This document shows positions 30,064-39,874 of a stretch of DNA of 64,000 nt, piece after piece. This stretch comes from an uncultured Methanoregulaceae archaeon (GTDB lineage Archaea; Halobacteriota; Methanomicrobia; Methanomicrobiales; Methanospirillaceae). Under the pieces are notes generated by a model. It was given only the letters and a program-made list of their open reading frames with translations, made no database searches and was not told the origin of the DNA. The DNA is taken from contig CAVTTL010000001.1 of assembly GCA_963737635.1 (NCBI GenBank), positions 704,001 through 768,000 of the forward strand, in the 5' to 3' direction. Both the position numbers and the translations under genes were made by a program. How positions within the stretch are numbered: position 1 is the first letter of the stretch; each line of letters opens with the position of its first letter.

Positions 30064-30810
30064 TTAATAATCCCGGATCTCGACGAATTCCCGGACATCC
30101 ATGAGCCCTTTCATTGCCTGAGTTTTAACCCAGCGGCCCCCTTCACGGATCGCTGCCATAGGGTTTGTGCCTCCCACTGCAACGATTGAAACATATTGCG
30201 GGCTTCCCGGTACACCCAGTAAAGGAATGTTGGGCACCCCTACTTCAAGAATCCCGGTAAAGCTGCTGTCCGCAAGCTCGTCCAGTACGCTCCCTACCAG
30301 CGGCTCAGCTTCCATGTGAAATTCCCGGATATTGGCGAGAATGTTCCCGCTTCCCTTCCGCATGACATCGTTGACCGAAGTGATCTGCTGGGAGATAAGT
30401 ACCTGTAGCGGATCGATGGTGGTGTGCTCGTAAAGGATAATATGAGTGAACCGGATCGGCGCACGGTTCTCGATTTCGACCACCCCACCGCCGATTGGTG
30501 TGATCGGGACACCTCGACGGATCAAAAGACCATCGAACGTGATGCTGCATATCGTGCAGATGGCTGTGCACCCATCAGGTACAACATACCCGGCAACTTT
30601 CTCTCCAGAGGGGCAGAATTTCACGAGGCCGCTTACGGAAACGCCGGTCTTGTAGGCGTCTTTCAGGATTGAAACGGCGTACTCGAGATCTTCGTTTTTC
30701 ACCAGCGAAAGGTTATAGACCACCTTTCCCGTCCCTTTGGCGGGATTGTAGGTCACCTGCATCGCATAGTCGTCAATATTTTGATCGACAAATTTGAGTG
30801 GCCGGGTCAT
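30064..30810 (-). CDS. NrpR-domain (DUF128) protein without DNA-binding domain, NrpRII-like
   Basis: CTICSITFDGLLIRRGVP, TIDPL, ILANIRE, VGGTNPMAAIRE; no wHTH. Confidence 0.85.
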   Translation of the reverse strand: MTRPLKFVDQNIDDYAMQVTYNPAKGTGKVVYNLSLVKNEDLEYAVSILKDAYKTGVSVSGLVKFCPSGEKVAGYVVPDGCTAICTICSITFDGLLIRRGVPITPIGGGVVEIENRAPIRFTHIILYEHTTIDPLQVLISQQITSVNDVMRKGSGNILANIREFHMEAEPLVGSVLDELADSSFTGILEVGVPNIPLLGVPGSPQYVSIVAVGGTNPMAAIREGGRWVKTQAMKGLMDVREFVEIRDY

Positions 30811-30870
30811 TGTAGTGATCTCGGCGATTGCAATAGAAAAATTGTTCTATAAGCCAATGGAAATCTCTAT

Positions 30871-31842
30871 ATGATGGAACACGACATGCGGGAAAAAGCC
30901 AGGAATGCGATGAGGCTCATTCTTGAAGCTGCGCGTTTTGAAGTCGAAGAGGTTGACGAACCTCTGGATCTTTCTGCCGTCCGAGACGGAGATTGCGTCC
31001 TTGTTCTCTGTTCAAACGATCCCGAACTAATTGGGCAGTTTGACAAGACCAATTACAGCCTCATGGTGGATGATCACGAGTTGACCTGCAAGAAACTCCT
31101 TTTTACGCTCGAAAAGGATATTGTGACAGAGAACTGCACCCAGTGGGGCATTGATGAGTTTGTGCAGTACGCCGGGGAAGCTGTGCTCGCGGACATCGTT
31201 GAACGTGAACTTACACTTGATCTAACACCTGGCAAGGCAAAGAAGTCGACAGGTGGAGGAGCTGGGACCGGAGCACCGTCAGTGGCCACAGAGGATGAGC
31301 CCTCCGGAATCTCGATCCTCCACTTCCCGGTCAAGCTCTCCGAGCAGGCTGCTATCCGGACTGCAGGAATCCAGGGTGCAGCAAAACTCCGGTTTATACC
31401 TTACTATCTAATCCACTACACAAGTTCGGGGGAGCAGGTCTACAAGGACCGGCGCATTCCCTTCGACGCCGATGGTTGGGGTGCAATCAACGCGATCAAC
31501 GGCATTAAGCTCGACCTTGACGGGACAAAAGTCGAGGACTCCGAGATCCCGGCAAATGCGGAGGTGTCCGACGCGCACATCACCAAGGAGGAGGCCACTG
31601 AACGGATGGTGACCGAGCTCATAGAGAGACTCACCCAGAAAGTCCGGATCAAGCAGGAGAAAGGCGATGCTATATTCTACGAAGAAAAGACGCTTAAGCC
31701 TGATCGCAAGAACATTACGGTTGAGACTAAGCAGGTCTTTATCCCGGTCTGGCAGATCCGGGGCAAGAAGATTGTCGAGGTTAATGCCTTTACCGGGGAA
31801 CTCCTTTCCGAGCCGATGGATGAAGGCGTCGAAGTCTTCTAA
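30871..31842 (+). CDS. Conserved hypothetical acidic protein
   Basis: 323-aa ORF co-oriented with the downstream oxidoreductase. Confidence 0.8.
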   Translation: MMEHDMREKARNAMRLILEAARFEVEEVDEPLDLSAVRDGDCVLVLCSNDPELIGQFDKTNYSLMVDDHELTCKKLLFTLEKDIVTENCTQWGIDEFVQYAGEAVLADIVERELTLDLTPGKAKKSTGGGAGTGAPSVATEDEPSGISILHFPVKLSEQAAIRTAGIQGAAKLRFIPYYLIHYTSSGEQVYKDRRIPFDADGWGAINAINGIKLDLDGTKVEDSEIPANAEVSDAHITKEEATERMVTELIERLTQKVRIKQEKGDAIFYEEKTLKPDRKNITVETKQVFIPVWQIRGKKIVEVNAFTGELLSEPMDEGVEVF

Positions 31843-31854
31843 AAACGTAACCGT

Positions 31855-33201
31855 ATGATCGTCGTTCTTGGCGGAGGTCCTGCTGGGAGAATAGCCTCAA
31901 TCCGGCTTGCAATAGCAGGAAAGAAGGTAACGCTCGTCGAACCCAAGGGAAAATCCCGGGGAATCGGCGGGCAGTGTCTCCATTTTGGCTGCATGCCGGT
32001 CTGTGCCCTCAATGATCTCGCCCGCCTCGTCAGTACCGCACGCAGGTTCTACGAGCTCGGGATAACCGATGCCGTTCCGGCACTCCGGTTTTCAAAGGTA
32101 ATGGACGAAACACTTGTTATCCAGCAGAAGATAGCGGGGATTCTTGATGAAGAGACCAGAAACGCCGGAGTGGACATCGTCTACGGAAAGCCGGGGCGAA
32201 TGGAGGGGGCACAGGTCTTTATCGGTGATGATCCGGTCGAGGCTGAGGCCACGATCATCGCTACCGGTTCCCGCCCATTCGTTCCTGATATTCCCGGGAT
32301 AACTCTTCCCGGCGTCTGGACTCCACACACACTCTGGGATCTCCGCGAGCTCCCACAAAGGTTTGCCATCATCGGAGGTGGGGTGATGGCGGCGGAGTTC
32401 GCATATATTTTTCATTCGTTCGGGTGCGAGGTTACAGTGCTTTCCCGTAGCGGTTTTCTGAAAAACCTCGATCGGCACCTCAGTACCATCGCCCTCAAAG
32501 AGTTGGCAGGTGTAACCATCCGGGAAGGAGCGGAAGCGACCGGTATCACCGGGACAGATCGAGCCACCGGCGTCCGGTACAGGACAGCGGAAACGCATGC
32601 TGAAATCCCGGCAGATACCGTGCTGCTTGCTACCGGACTCGTCCCCAATGCCGGGATGGTGAGCGGTATCGAGAAAGGACCGGACGGCGAGATCATTGTT
32701 GATGACCGAATGCAGACAAGCGCGCCAGGTGTCTACGCCTGCGGGGATGTGGCAGGTTTGCCATTCCTGACACCGGTCGCCCGCCACGAAGGGATTGTCG
32801 CGGCCGATAATATCCTCGGAAAAGAACGGCACATGGATTATTCCCGCATCCCCCAGGCGATCTACCTCGCCCATGAGCTCGCCTTCTGTGGATGCGGAAG
32901 TGAGGGGTGTGCATCGCTTGCCCTACCCGGGCCAGCCGGGCCGGGAACATACTGGTCGGTTCCGTATGGTGACACCGGGCTTGCAAAGATCTCCGCTGAC
33001 CCGGCATCGGGTGAGATCACCGGGATGTGTGCTGCGGGGCCGGCTGGAGGGGTCATCACCGGGTATCTTGCCTTTCTCATGCAACAGCATATCTCCGTGG
33101 ATGATTTCGAGGATTTCATCGAAGTCCACCCATCAACGGATGGGATATATGGGCTCGCGAAGTACGCAGCAGAGCTGTTCAGGAAACATAATCCCCAGTA
33201 G
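31855..33201 (+). CDS. Pyridine nucleotide-disulfide oxidoreductase (dihydrolipoamide dehydrogenase-like)
   Basis: GGGPAG, GGQCLHFGCMP redox disulfide, IATGS, GGGVMAAE, YACGD. Confidence 0.9.
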   Translation: MIVVLGGGPAGRIASIRLAIAGKKVTLVEPKGKSRGIGGQCLHFGCMPVCALNDLARLVSTARRFYELGITDAVPALRFSKVMDETLVIQQKIAGILDEETRNAGVDIVYGKPGRMEGAQVFIGDDPVEAEATIIATGSRPFVPDIPGITLPGVWTPHTLWDLRELPQRFAIIGGGVMAAEFAYIFHSFGCEVTVLSRSGFLKNLDRHLSTIALKELAGVTIREGAEATGITGTDRATGVRYRTAETHAEIPADTVLLATGLVPNAGMVSGIEKGPDGEIIVDDRMQTSAPGVYACGDVAGLPFLTPVARHEGIVAADNILGKERHMDYSRIPQAIYLAHELAFCGCGSEGCASLALPGPAGPGTYWSVPYGDTGLAKISADPASGEITGMCAAGPAGGVITGYLAFLMQQHISVDDFEDFIEVHPSTDGIYGLAKYAAELFRKHNPQ

Positions 33202-33363
33202 AAAGGAATCCTCTTACATCCCGATCCAGAGAGATTTTCTAGGCCAGAGAAGGAAACGTATCTGTCGCACTTTTTGCCGTGGGTGAACGTCTCTGGTAGT
33301 ATTATTACACTAGACATCGAAGATATGAGGTGCAGTTTAGCCACTTGCCCCGGAGTATCTTGA

Positions 33364-34908
33364 ATGACCGACCTCTCTGAAACTCTTGCATTCGACCAGA
33401 CCCGGCTCGATAAAGTACGTGCATTACGGGACAGAGGTGTCGACCTCTATCCCCCTACCTTCGACCGGAAAAATACGATAGCAGAGATCAGAGAGAGGTT
33501 TGCTGATGTTACCCACGAGAAAAGCGATGATCTCGTCTCAACGGCGGGGCGTCTGTATATTGTCCGCAACCATGGAAAGACCATCTTTGCCGACCTCGGG
33601 GATGAAAGTGGCAAGATCCAGTTCTATATCCGAAAGGCGGATATCGGTGACGAAGCGTTCGATTTTTTTAACCAGTTCATCGAGCGTGGTGACTTTGTCG
33701 GTGTAACCGGCCATGTTTTCCGAACGAAGCTTGGGGAGATTACGATCTGGGTTGACAAAATCGTGCTCCTCTCGAAAGCGGTCTGTCCGCTGCCGGAGAA
33801 ATTCCATGGGCTTACTGACGTAGAAAAACGTTACCGCCAGCGGTATGTTGATCTCATAGTAAACGAGGAAGTCCGCCAGGGATTCAGGAACCGGAGCCGG
33901 ATCCTTTCTTCCATCCGGAAATATCTCGCCGAGCGTGATTTTCTTGAGTTTGAGACACCGATTCTCCAACCGGTGTATGGGGGGGCAAACGCCCGTCCAT
34001 TTACAACTTTCCATAACTGTTTAGGGCAGAAGCTTTTCCTGCGGATTGCTCCCGAACTCTATCTTAAGCGCCTCGTAGTTGGGGGGTTCGAACGGGTCTT
34101 TGAGATCGCCCGTAACTTCAGGAACGAGGACATCGACACCCATCACAACCCCGAGTTTACGATGGTTGAGATCTACTGGGCGTATCACGATGTCTACGAC
34201 ATGATGGACCTTACCGAGGACTTCCTTGCAACTCTCATGCAGGAAGTCCACGGCACGCAGGAAATTGTGTTTGAAGGTACCACGATCTCGTTTACCAAGC
34301 CGCTCCGCAGGCTTTCGATGGCTGATTCAGTAAAGGAATACGCGGGGATCGATATTTTTGCACATTCTGTCGATGACCTTCGGGCGCTTGCCCAGAAGAA
34401 CCGGCTCAAGGAAGCAGAAAAACCGCAGACGCAACGGGAGTTCCTTGTGTACTTCTTTGAGAACATGGTTGAGGAAAAACTGATCCAACCGACGTTTATT
34501 TTCGACTTCCCCATCGAGAACTCGCCACTTGCAAAGCGCCACCGGGAGAAGGAGGGTTTCACTGAGCGTTTCGAGCTCTTCATCTACGGTATGGAGATCG
34601 CAAACGGTTTCTCAGAGCTTAACGATCCAATTGACCAGAAGGAGCGGTTTGAGGCGCAGGATAAAAAACGGCAGCTCGGCGATCTCGAGGCCCAGATGAT
34701 CGATTATGATTACGTTAACGCACTCGGCTACGGAATGCCACCGACCGGGGGAGTAGGCATCGGGATCGACCGGCTCGTGATGCTGCTCACCGGCAACAAC
34801 TCGATTAAGGAAGTGATCCTTTTCCCGTCAATGAAGAGCACCCAAGCGGAAGAAGAAGAATCGGGTGATAATGGAATACCGGGATCAAAGAACACTGTGG
34901 AAAAATAA
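33364..34908 (+). CDS. lysS: Lysine--tRNA ligase, class II
   Basis: OB-fold, YRQRYVDL, GGANARPF, FRNEDIDTHHNPEF, YGMPPTGGVGIGIDRL. Confidence 0.97.
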   Translation: MTDLSETLAFDQTRLDKVRALRDRGVDLYPPTFDRKNTIAEIRERFADVTHEKSDDLVSTAGRLYIVRNHGKTIFADLGDESGKIQFYIRKADIGDEAFDFFNQFIERGDFVGVTGHVFRTKLGEITIWVDKIVLLSKAVCPLPEKFHGLTDVEKRYRQRYVDLIVNEEVRQGFRNRSRILSSIRKYLAERDFLEFETPILQPVYGGANARPFTTFHNCLGQKLFLRIAPELYLKRLVVGGFERVFEIARNFRNEDIDTHHNPEFTMVEIYWAYHDVYDMMDLTEDFLATLMQEVHGTQEIVFEGTTISFTKPLRRLSMADSVKEYAGIDIFAHSVDDLRALAQKNRLKEAEKPQTQREFLVYFFENMVEEKLIQPTFIFDFPIENSPLAKRHREKEGFTERFELFIYGMEIANGFSELNDPIDQKERFEAQDKKRQLGDLEAQMIDYDYVNALGYGMPPTGGVGIGIDRLVMLLTGNNSIKEVILFPSMKSTQAEEEESGDNGIPGSKNTVEK

Positions 34909-35086
34909 CTCTAATCTGGTACTAGAGAAGGCCATTGTTCCCCGCGTCATTTTTTATTGCCCAATAACGTGGGATTATCTCACTCTTGAATTCAGAGCTT
35001 CACCGAGGATAGGCACCTGTATTACTCGTTCTAAGCGTCAAATAATCCACAATCCATATCCATCTGCAACCCCAATCCTTTTTCTG

Positions 35087-35676
35087 ATGCCCCTGATCGA
35101 AAAATCCCACAACCACCATCATGAGGTTTTCTCCGTAGATCGCGCAAGGCACCTTGACACCCGGCTCCGGAGCTTCCTTTACCGGCGGACCGGCTCGCTG
35201 AAAAACACGTGAGGCCCGGCAACCGGGTCCTCGACTTTGGTTGCGGTCCGGGGTTCTTCACCCGGGAGTTCGCATGTCGCGTAGGAGAGAGTGGTCACGT
35301 AATCGCAGTGGATGTACAGGATGGAATGCTCAAATTGTTGCGAGAGAAACTGGAACCCGAGGGTCTCATGCCCCGGGTTACCACGCACCAATGCGCCCCG
35401 GATGCGCTCAGCCTTGATCCGGCCAAAGATGGGAAGATCGATATCGCATTCACCATCTTTGTCGTCCACGAAGTCCCAGATGCACAAAAGCTGTTCCGCG
35501 AAATCGCAGCACTGCTTGTTCCTGGGGGTGAACTTTTCCTTGCCGAACCTCGTTTCGTTGTTTCGGCAGATGAGTTTAAGACAACCCTTTCAAAGGCTGC
35601 AAAGGAGGGTTTCTTGCAGAATGGAACACCTTCGTTTTTTATGAGCCGGACTGCGTTACTCCGGAAAGTTTCGTGA
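35087..35676 (+). CDS. Class I SAM-dependent methyltransferase (indel near 35186)
   Basis: VLDFGCGPG, VHEVPD, LVPGG; upstream MPLIEK...RHLDTRLRSFLYR joins with a one-base correction. Confidence 0.82.
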
Positions 35677-35807
35677 GGGGGTGAGACACTCCATAATCGC
35701 ATAAGAGGTGACATTCTTCAGGTTCCGGACTGCACACTCAAAGGTGATTAACCCGGCTTTAACAAAGAAATTCGGGCCGGAAAGCCGGCCGCGATGATAA
35801 TTCACTC

Positions 35808-36311
35808 TAGCTGATCAAGTAAGCGATAATCACGCCGGCAATAGCAGCAGCAGCGGGGATGATTTGTGCGCCGGCGGTTCTTCATCGGAGCGATTACGTC
35901 TTCCAATTTGCGGATGGCAAGCGGGTCTGCTTTCACATCATCCCGGATAGCATCGAGGCTCTTCCGCTCAGGCCCGTGTCTTTAAGCTGGTTCATGAGCC
36001 CGTTGATTGCACCTTCAGGATCCTTCGTGATCTCTTTTTCCCGCAGGATCTCTTCTACCATCGCCTCATCCTTTTCGGACTCGATGTCGAGATACAACCC
36101 CGCCATCATAGAGACTGAGGCGGCTATCGCGCCCGTAGCTCTCCGCAAGAAAAACCGCATCTGCCGATTGTGCACCTGCAGCGACTCCGAGCACCAACCC
36201 GAAGATCGAAACGGCTCCATCTTCCATGCCAAAAACGATATCTCCTGCCGAAGAAATCAGCGACTCTTTGATCCGGAAAAGAACCGATCCTTTGTTAGCC
36301 TGATCTGTCAA
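35808..36311 (-). pseudogene. Degraded VIT1/CCC1 family metal transporter
   Basis: DIVFGMEDGAVS and SVSMMAGLYL motifs; two frameshifts; C-terminal AAAAIAGVIIAYLIS* follows the soluble domain directly, so the middle TM helices are missing. Confidence 0.72.
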
Positions 36312-36437
36312 TAGAAAAATTCACACACCCTGCACTTATTCAGAAGTGTAAAGGTGAGAATTCCGGGGATAAAAAAGGAGGGGATATAAAACGGGAGTTA
36401 TATCCGGTGCCCGGTCTTATCTCGCCAGCTGGATAGA

Positions 36438-36917
36438 TTATTTATGATAAGGTTCACCGCTATTGATCCTGCAGGCCCGGTAAAGTTGTTCAAGAAGGAT
36501 CAGCCGAACCATCTGGTGCGTGAATGTCATGGGGGAGAGCGAAAGTCGCAGTGCAGCCCGGGTAAGCACTGCATCAGAAAGACCCAGATCTCCCCCGATG
36601 ATCACGACGATTGAACTCATTCCCGTAAGCTGCCAGTCGCGCATCCGGGCGGCAAGCATCTCGCTTGTCATCCCGGTTCCCCGGGCATCAAGTGCCACGA
36701 CGTACGCCCTTTCTGGGATCGCAGCGAGGATCCGGTCGCCTTCGCCATCTTTAATAATCTGTCCCTTACTGCCTGACAAATGTACGCCCCGTTTCTCTTC
36801 GGCGATTTCGACTATGGATAGTTTCAGGTACGGCGTAAGACGCTTCTCGTACTCGGCAATACCGTCAGAAAGGAACCGCTCCTTGATCTTTCCCACAGCG
36901 ATAATGCGTACCTGCAT
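36438..36917 (-). CDS. rlmH: 23S rRNA (pseudouridine1915-N3)-methyltransferase
   Basis: IIAVGKIKE, EYEKRL, IIGGDLGL, MTFTHQMVRLILLEQLYRA, GEPYHK. Confidence 0.94.
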   Translation of the reverse strand: MQVRIIAVGKIKERFLSDGIAEYEKRLTPYLKLSIVEIAEEKRGVHLSGSKGQIIKDGEGDRILAAIPERAYVVALDARGTGMTSEMLAARMRDWQLTGMSSIVVIIGGDLGLSDAVLTRAALRLSLSPMTFTHQMVRLILLEQLYRACRINSGEPYHK

Positions 36918-36998
36918 AAAGGATCTTTCTACAAAACAGGGGGTCAAGGTACCGGACGCAGGGCTCGTGGACAATACGGGGATTGACAGATATATTAC

Positions 36999-37314
36999 TT
37001 AAGAATTACCTTTGCGTTCTTTCGGATCGATTTTTTGGGTCGAAAGTACATCCACCAGTACTTCCTTCATCATATTTTTCATGAGTTCCCGGCCTTCTTC
37101 TGATGTCATGTAATCCTTAAGCAGTTCCTTGAACTGCCCCATATCGTGGTGATTATCGACGAAAGATAATAAAGACTTGCGTGATGCAATCCGAGACCGT
37201 AGAGAACTTCTTTTCCTCATAAACGAGTTTATTGACCTTATCATAGATGTTCGGCGGCATTTTATAGGAGATTGCCACCCGTTCGCCCCGGCTTGCCGGT
37301 ACTTTCTCCACCAT
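36999..37314 (-). CDS. Ribbon-helix-helix (CopG-like) regulator, split by a one-base insertion near 37175
   Basis: MVEKVPASRGERVAISYKMPPNIYDKVNKLVYEEKKFSTVSDCITQ + ALLSFVDNHHDMGQFKELL...; 104 aa when corrected. Confidence 0.7.
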
Positions 37315-37461
37315 TCTCTATTGAATGGGCCAGAATACTATAAATAGCCTGTTAAAAGCCATTTTTGTAATACCAACTCGCGGATTTGATTTCTTATGTA
37401 ATACTTATGGAATACTTTTTATAGCGCGGCCGGTAATAGGACACTATAACGAGGTGCATTC

Positions 37462-37953
37462 GTGGACGAAATTCTCCTTTTTATGGTTGGGATTGCCGGG
37501 GTGTTCTCCGTACCCTGTAGCGGAGCACTACTCGCCCTAGGAAAGATGATCGACTGTTATCCTACAGAGTATGAAGAGAACCGGATTCGCAGCCTTTCAA
37601 GCCCCATAGAATCCACCCGTCTTGCAGTGATGGTATTCTGGGTTCTTTTCCTCTCCGGGACCGGCGCCATCCTGCAGCAGGACCGGTTACTGATGATCGC
37701 GGGTATCACAATGCTCTTTGCAGCATGCCTGTTCCTCTTCACCGCACTTGCCTTCTCTTTTGCCGTACTTTGTGCCCTCAAACGGAGACAAGAGGCCATC
37801 CTCACTATCGAACGGGAAGTTGCACTAGAAAGTGCACGGGTTCAATTGGAAAAAACTACCGGTGTGAAAGTACCATCACCGGTGGTTCATAAGGCAAAGC
37901 CGGTTAGGCGTATTCCTTCCACCGCCATCGATACCCTACTCAGGCACTCCTGA
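37462..37953 (+). CDS. Hypothetical membrane protein
   Basis: Three hydrophobic segments; GAGGTG RBS before the GTG start. Confidence 0.65.
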   Translation: MDEILLFMVGIAGVFSVPCSGALLALGKMIDCYPTEYEENRIRSLSSPIESTRLAVMVFWVLFLSGTGAILQQDRLLMIAGITMLFAACLFLFTALAFSFAVLCALKRRQEAILTIEREVALESARVQLEKTTGVKVPSPVVHKAKPVRRIPSTAIDTLLRHS

Positions 37954-38001
37954 ACTTTTTTGAAAACATATTGTGCAGGAATCGGACTAAAAAGGGAGCG
38001 G

Positions 38002-39216
38002 TCATCCGAAGATCTGGTAGGACTCTTCGAGTGCCTCAACGGCCGGCAGCTTTTTCCCGGTCAAAAACTCGATACAGGCACCACCGCCCGTGGAAATATG
38101 GGTGAAGTCGTTTTCTATCCCGAGTTTTTCGATCACTGCCGCAGTGTGCCCGCCGCCCACTACCGAGAATTCAACCTTTGACGCAGCCCTGAGCAGCTCG
38201 AACGTACCAGTGGCAAAATCCGGATCTTCGAAGACACCCGCAGGACCGTTGAAAACTACCGTCCCGGACTTTTTAAAGGTCCCTACAAGTGCTGCAAGAG
38301 AATCCATGCCGAGATCCATGACCGGTGCTTCAGCCGGGATCCTATCAATGGGGTACTCGGTACGCCTGCCGTTCTGCCGTACCGCAACAGATGACGGCAT
38401 GATCACCCGTTCACCAAACTTTGCAAGGATGTCCTGTGCCTTTTTGATCTCCTCTTGGTACTTGAGCTGCTCAATGAGCTGAGTGGAGGGTTTGCCAATA
38501 TCGTACCCGGCAGCGAGATAGAAGACATTTGCTACGACGCCGATCACGATTACGGTGTCAGCGATTCCGTTTTCGAGAACATGGGCTGCAACTTCGATCG
38601 AGTCATCAACCTTGGTACCACCAAGCACCATACAGACCGGGCGGGGAGCTCCTGTAAAAACTTTCGAGAGGGTCGCGACTTCTTTTTCCATCAGAAGACC
38701 TGCCGCCGATTTCATCGCGAGCGGAAGACCTACGACAGTTGGCTGGGACCGGTGGGCAGTCCCAAATGCATCGTTGACAAAAAAGTCCGCCATGGACGAG
38801 AGCTTTTTTACGAGATGGGTCTTTTTTGCCTCGGCTGACTTAAGGGTTAAATTTTCTTCTGCAGCAAACCGCACGTTTTCCAGCATCAGTATATCACCAG
38901 GCTTTGCGGCTTGGATGGCATCCTTTGCATGGCGCCCGAAAATACTGTCGACGTAGGTGACCGGGGTGCCAAGGAGATCTTCGAGTTTTCCGGCATGGGC
39001 TTCGAGTGTAGTAAAATCCTTTTTTCCAGGCCGGCTCTGGTGTGTGACGATCACAACACGACTGGACGAAAGAGCACGCACCGTAGGCAGATGTTCGCGA
39101 AATCGTTTATCGTCAAGAATGAGATGAGAATTGGGATCGATTGGGGAGTTTAGGTCAAGACGGAGAAGTACCGTCTTTCCGCTATACCCCAGATCCCTGA
39201 GGGCACCTATCGGCAT
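38002..39216 (-). CDS. pgk: Phosphoglycerate kinase
   Basis: RLDLNSP, HQSRPG, LENVRF, NDAFGTAHR, GGGHT, HISTGGGA. Confidence 0.97.
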   Translation of the reverse strand: MPIGALRDLGYSGKTVLLRLDLNSPIDPNSHLILDDKRFREHLPTVRALSSSRVVIVTHQSRPGKKDFTTLEAHAGKLEDLLGTPVTYVDSIFGRHAKDAIQAAKPGDILMLENVRFAAEENLTLKSAEAKKTHLVKKLSSMADFFVNDAFGTAHRSQPTVVGLPLAMKSAAGLLMEKEVATLSKVFTGAPRPVCMVLGGTKVDDSIEVAAHVLENGIADTVIVIGVVANVFYLAAGYDIGKPSTQLIEQLKYQEEIKKAQDILAKFGERVIMPSSVAVRQNGRRTEYPIDRIPAEAPVMDLGMDSLAALVGTFKKSGTVVFNGPAGVFEDPDFATGTFELLRAASKVEFSVVGGGHTAAVIEKLGIENDFTHISTGGGACIEFLTGKKLPAVEALEESYQIFG

Positions 39217-39234
39217 GCTGCCACACTCCCGGGG

Positions 39235-39864
39235 TTATGCCGAACCCCGGGCCTTGATCTTCTTCATCCTGAAAAGTTCCTCACGTTCCATCTCGTCAAG
39301 ACGCATCTTGATGAAATCCCGGGCTGCAGTAAGCTCAGGGATAACCTTGAACTCAAGAGCGTTAACCCGGCGCTTAGTCTTTTCAATCTCGTCAAGGAGA
39401 CGTTTCATCGTGGTCTCAATCTCGGCACTTTCGATGATAGCTTCCACCAGGTCCTCGAACGCCGATGCTGTTTCGTCGATCACCGGTGAGGTGCCAAGTA
39501 CACCATATCCCCGTTGGGTAAGGGTTTTTTTCACTTTTGAGGATTCTATTTCCGGTACAACCACACCCATGATATTCTTGCTTTTTAGCGTGATCACCGG
39601 TACCTCTTTTACTGAAAATGCTGCGGCCTTGACACCGATCGCTCCTTCGACAGTATTTGCAACTGCCATCATATCAACGGCTTGCTTGTACTTTCTGAGA
39701 AGCTCTCCGCGGCTGTCCTTTGCCTCGGAAAGAATCTTGAAAAATTCTAAGATAAGTCCATCGCGCTTCATCTTGAGGATCTTATAACCGCGTTCGGAGA
39801 GCTGGATCTTCCTTTTGAGATTGATCAGTTCGGAACGGGTCGGCTTGATATCGCGCAGCGCCAT
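39235..39864 (-). CDS. atpD: A1AO ATP synthase subunit D
   Basis: KPTRSELI, LKMKRDGL, KTKRRVNALE. Confidence 0.96.
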   Translation of the reverse strand: MALRDIKPTRSELINLKRKIQLSERGYKILKMKRDGLILEFFKILSEAKDSRGELLRKYKQAVDMMAVANTVEGAIGVKAAAFSVKEVPVITLKSKNIMGVVVPEIESSKVKKTLTQRGYGVLGTSPVIDETASAFEDLVEAIIESAEIETTMKRLLDEIEKTKRRVNALEFKVIPELTAARDFIKMRLDEMEREELFRMKKIKARGSA

Positions 39865-39874
39865 GGGATCCTCC

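Noticed and set aside
36441-37245. ACCTTATCATA shared in inverted orientation between the rlmH 3' end and about 37235
   Set aside because: Only 11 bp, both copies lie inside coding sequence and no recombinase is nearby; compatible with chance
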